Assembly: GCA_041639695.1 (NCBI GenBank)
Contig: JBEQBQ010000020.1
Coordinates: 1 to 17,087 of the forward strand
Source: Candidatus Nanohaloarchaea archaeon
Lineage (GTDB): Archaea; Nanohalarchaeota; Nanosalinia; Nanosalinales; Nanosalinaceae
Direction: 5' to 3'
Length of the DNA stretch: 17,087 nucleotides
Every line of letters begins with the position of its first letter. The first letter of the stretch is position 1. The position numbers and the translations under genes are program-made. This document shows, piece by piece, positions 14,285 to 17,087 of this stretch. The notes below the pieces were generated by a model, which worked only from the letters and a program-made list of their open reading frames with translations, had not been told where the DNA came from and ran no database searches.

Positions 14285-17087
14285 TTACTGTGTCGAGACC
14301 GTTGTCTTCTCCAAGCTCTTGCCAGTCATCTCGTCTTGGTGGTCCTGGTAGTTGGCAAGGTAGTTCGAAGCAGCCTGAGTGTCTTCAGCGGAATGTCCGG
14401 CCACAACTAATGCTTGGTTCTGGTTGAAGGCGTTTTCAACCGTCTGAAGCATCCACATGTCCTCTTGGTACTCGCTCGAAGATTTGGTCTGGTTGTTGTC
14501 TGCCAAGGTCTCTGTCAAACTGTTGACTGCCGGACCTCCAACTAGGATCATGTTCTGGTTCTGACTGGCTTGTGTGTCCAGGGTTGCTGCGTTAGGCCAT
14601 CCGGCAGGTCTCTGAACGCTGGAACTTCCTGTCGAACTTAGTTCTCCGGTTCCGAAGCCAGCTCCAGCAGTTGCCTGCGAATCAGGATAGTTCAGGGTAA
14701 GCGAGCCCTTTCCATCAGAGTCATGTTCCGTGTAGACCCCGTAACGGTCGACTCCCGCAGTAACATCGTCATTCGACTCAAGAGTTGCGGTCTGCCTGTT
14801 CGAACTACTGTAGCTAGGCTGATTAACCGTTACCTCAGAATCACCTCCATCATAACCCGGTGTAACCGTGTAACTGTGCTGATCACCATTCTCTGTCTCC
14901 TCCTCAATAACCACAAGTCCTGGTTTGGAAGGAAGAATGGAGTTCAAGCCTGTTACTCCTGAAGTCTCCGAGGAATCAGTCGACCAGTACTGGACGTTTC
15001 CTGTTGAGGATCCGAAGACCGTGTCTCCCGTACTGTAGTCGTTAGAGGAGTCGGAGTCAACTACTACGGTATCTGATGAACTGAATGGCTGGCTTCCTGT
15101 ATGCTTGGTCTGAGATCCGAATGAGACAAGACTTGTTCCAACGGAAGGTGTGCCGTCTGCTCCGTTCAATAGGACGTTGTCGGCCTGTGCGGTGTAGACT
15201 CCGTCACCATCTGAATCGATAGCGAGGAAGTCGTTTGAGTTGTCCCAAGCACCACCATCTGTGCTGTCGTAGGAATCGATTGTCCAGTCGGAGTCTTGAG
15301 AGTTCGATACTGTAATCGGTGTTCCTCCTGATGGGGCGTTTCCGGCTACAACGGTATCGGCCTGTGCGGTATAAGATCCGTCGTTATCGTCGTCTACAAA
15401 GACTTCGTCACCGCTGTCATATCCATTAGCACTGTTGACGTTTATCCATCCAATCCCGGAAGGGTTGCTTACCGTGGAAAGATCCACAAGGCTATCTCCG
15501 TCTGCCCTGTTGTTGCTTCCGCCAGCGTTTACCACTGTGTCTGCTCCTGCGGAGTAAGTTCCTCCATCGTGGTAATCGATGATTATATCGTCACCATCAC
15601 TATAAGTGGAGTCCCCTCCGCCGAGAGCTATATGATCGGAAGAGACGAAGCTTGTCGCTCCGTTACCGGCTCCATAAGTCTGAGCTCCATCGTCGCCTGT
15701 AGAAATCAGGGTGTCTGCACTGCTTCTACCATCTCCGGTAGAATCCCAGTAGATATCGTCTCCGGCGTCGAACCCATTACTGTCTGCATCGTTGTAGTAG
15801 AGAGTGCCTGATCCTGTTGCGGTATAAGGTCCACTAACGCTTGCGGCGTTTGAGAGATCAGCGGTCATACCCCAATCGTTGTCTTGGGATGCTGTACCGT
15901 CGGCATCAACTACTTGATCTGGTTGAGCTGTGTAGACTCCATCGTTGTCGTCATCGGTCACTACATCCTCTCCAGAATCAAAGGCACTATCTGATGAAAC
16001 TAGATAATAGGTACCTCCCGTGATTGAGGACATTGAGGAATAGCTTGTCCCGTCAGTTGAATCAACTCCTGAGTTTGAACCTGTGTTTAGGGCTGTGTCT
16101 GCTCCTGCGGAGTAGGTTCCTCTGTCGCCTATGTCTAGGATTATTGCGTCGTTCGAACTGTCGTAAGCGTCTCCGCTTGAGCTATCGTACGAATCAAGAC
16201 TCCAGTCAGCATCAAATGAACCGGTGGAGGTGTAGGATGTACTGTCTGAAGGCGCTGCACCTGCCACGGAGGTATCCGCAGAATCGGAATGTGTTCCTGA
16301 TCCTCCTGCATCCTCGATTATGCTGTCGCCGTCACCGTAACCCGCAGAAGTTTCGGTTGACTGGCTTTTGTGGTCGATAAAGTACTCGTCAGTCTGGAAG
16401 TCAACTAGAGAAGCACCTATTGCGACTCCAGAAGGATCCTGTCCCGGATCGTAGAATGCGAGTCTTGCACCGTTATCGGTTTTGATTGTTGGGAATGCTG
16501 TTGTTGTTCCTGAGTTTGCTGAGCCTGTCGCTGAGTAGTCGGAGTCGGTTCCCCAGGTAACTTCTACCTCGTCGTCGCTTCCATCGTCGTCTGATGCGGT
16601 GTTGTAGGAGAAGTGGTATGTTTGTCCGTCGATAACTTTCTCTGCTTCGTATTCTCTGTCTGAGTCTCCTGCACCCCCTGTTACGTCGTTTGCGTCAAGC
16701 TCTACTTCGATTGAAGCTCCTGAGATTTTGTCTTTTAGTTCGACTGTTGCGGTGTCTCCGCTTGAAGGAGCCTGTGAGTCCGCGTCCAGTTCTGTTACTT
16801 CCCAGAAGTGTGAGAAGTCTCCGGCATCAGATGTGAAGTACTCGTCTTCCTGTACGGGTTCGCCTTCGACCGCGACAATCTTGTCGCCGTCATCATCCGC
16901 AAGGGAGAAGCTTCCATCGTAATGTGCGAAGCCCTGCGTCATTTCGTTTGTTGAAACTTCAACTGTTTCGTCGTTCTGTGCCTGTACTTCGATGTCCTCT
17001 CCCTCGTTTAGTGAGGATAGTCCTTCGAAGCTGAATGAAAGGCTTCCGAAAACAGGGTCCTCGAACTTTTGTCCTGATGCAACGTAG
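14285..17087 (-). CDS. S-layer protein paralogue 2 with a large Asp/Gly-rich repeat insertion (5'-truncated by the window edge)
   Basis: The frame stays open past 16942 to the edge (YVASGQKFEDPVFGSLSFSFEGLSS..., aligning with paralogue 1 YVREGSSYSSNLFSPSFSFEGFSS). Shares AEKVIDG, DVT.G.DR[FY]G.Y..HD.D and N.ILVGGPAVNSLT blocks with paralogue 1. Confidence 0.87.
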   Translation of the reverse strand, partial: YVASGQKFEDPVFGSLSFSFEGLSSLNEGEDIEVQAQNDETVEVSTNEMTQGFAHYDGSFSLADDDGDKIVAVEGEPVQEDEYFTSDAGDFSHFWEVTELDADSQAPSSGDTATVELKDKISGASIEVELDANDVTGGAGDSDREYEAEKVIDGQTYHFSYNTASDDDGSDDEVEVTWGTDSDYSATGSANSGTTTAFPTIKTDNGARLAFYDPGQDPSGVAIGASLVDFQTDEYFIDHKSQSTETSAGYGDGDSIIEDAGGSGTHSDSADTSVAGAAPSDSTSYTSTGSFDADWSLDSYDSSSGDAYDSSNDAIILDIGDRGTYSAGADTALNTGSNSGVDSTDGTSYSSMSSITGGTYYLVSSDSAFDSGEDVVTDDDNDGVYTAQPDQVVDADGTASQDNDWGMTADLSNAASVSGPYTATGSGTLYYNDADSNGFDAGDDIYWDSTGDGRSSADTLISTGDDGAQTYGAGNGATSFVSSDHIALGGGDSTYSDGDDIIIDYHDGGTYSAGADTVVNAGGSNNRADGDSLVDLSTVSNPSGIGWINVNSANGYDSGDEVFVDDDNDGSYTAQADTVVAGNAPSGGTPITVSNSQDSDWTIDSYDSTDGGAWDNSNDFLAIDSDGDGVYTAQADNVLLNGADGTPSVGTSLVSFGSQTKHTGSQPFSSSDTVVVDSDSSNDYSTGDTVFGSSTGNVQYWSTDSSETSGVTGLNSILPSKPGLVVIEEETENGDQHSYTVTPGYDGGDSEVTVNQPSYSSSNRQTATLESNDDVTAGVDRYGVYTEHDSDGKGSLTLNYPDSQATAGAGFGTGELSSTGSSSVQRPAGWPNAATLDTQASQNQNMILVGGPAVNSLTETLADNNQTKSSSEYQEDMWMLQTVENAFNQNQALVVAGHSAEDTQAASNYLANYQDHQDEMTGKSLEKTTVSTQ
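14993..16435 (-). repeat. Eight degenerate 54-70-aa protein repeats within S-layer paralogue 2
   Basis: Core [FYW]-[DSG]-x-[GS]-(x)-D-x-phi-phi-x-D-x-x-x-x-G-x-Y-[ST]-A-x-A-D-x-V recurs at residues about 202, 260, 321, 391, 447, 508, 566 and 620 of the 885-aa track ORF. Three copies have exact Dx[DN]xDG (DDDNDG twice, DSDGDG). Confidence 0.8.

Noticed and set aside
14993-16435. Repeats as a CRISPR array or a diversity-generating retroelement TR/VR pair
   Set aside because: Repeats are degenerate, in-frame and protein-coding with irregular spacing. There are no cas or reverse transcriptase genes and no long pair with adenine-specific mismatches.
10521-16922. Plus-strand ORFs opposite the 232-aa gene and the S-layer genes (e.g. 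11619-11933, 16024-16380)
   Set aside because: Antisense shadows expected from the biased codon content of acidic Ser/Thr-rich genes.
16940-16942. ATG 16942 as the start of S-layer paralogue 2
   Set aside because: The frame is open to the window edge, the upstream translation aligns with paralogue 1, and no signal peptide follows this Met.
14285-17087. Paralogue 2 as a giant SPEARE-type protein or RTX toxin
   Set aside because: The visible part has S-layer homology, no protease or nuclease motifs and no GGxGxDxL nonapeptide repeats. The unseen 5' part cannot be judged.

Overview
Gene-dense archaeal chromosome segment with a strongly acidic proteome, short intergenic spacers and TATA-like boxes about 25 nt upstream of several start codons. 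It is most consistent with a halophilic DPANN archaeon such as Nanohaloarchaeota (inference, not proven). Left part: 5' half of tyrosyl-tRNA synthetase (missing from the ORF track), a hypothetical gene, a YbaK-family tRNA-editing protein divergent from RNA 3'-phosphate cyclase rtcA, an rtcA-coupled hypothetical gene, a putative PD-(D/E)XK nuclease convergent with an atypical metallophosphoesterase, Hsp20 and a small acidic protein. Middle: a translationally coupled operon of LolD/MacB-like ATPase, COG1361-like membrane-anchored surface protein and two MacB/FtsX-like permeases. Right: two tandem paralogous S-layer-type genes separated by two unannotated antitoxin-like remnants (a 45-aa ORF and a frameshifted DUF433 gene). 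The best candidate for an undescribed system is this envelope locus. Both S-layer paralogues share one scaffold, but one is rich in N-glycosylation sequons while the other nearly lacks them and carries an about 480-aa, 8-repeat Asp/Gly-rich insert at one site, all next to a LolCDE-like transporter. No rRNA, tRNA, CRISPR array or transposase was recognised.
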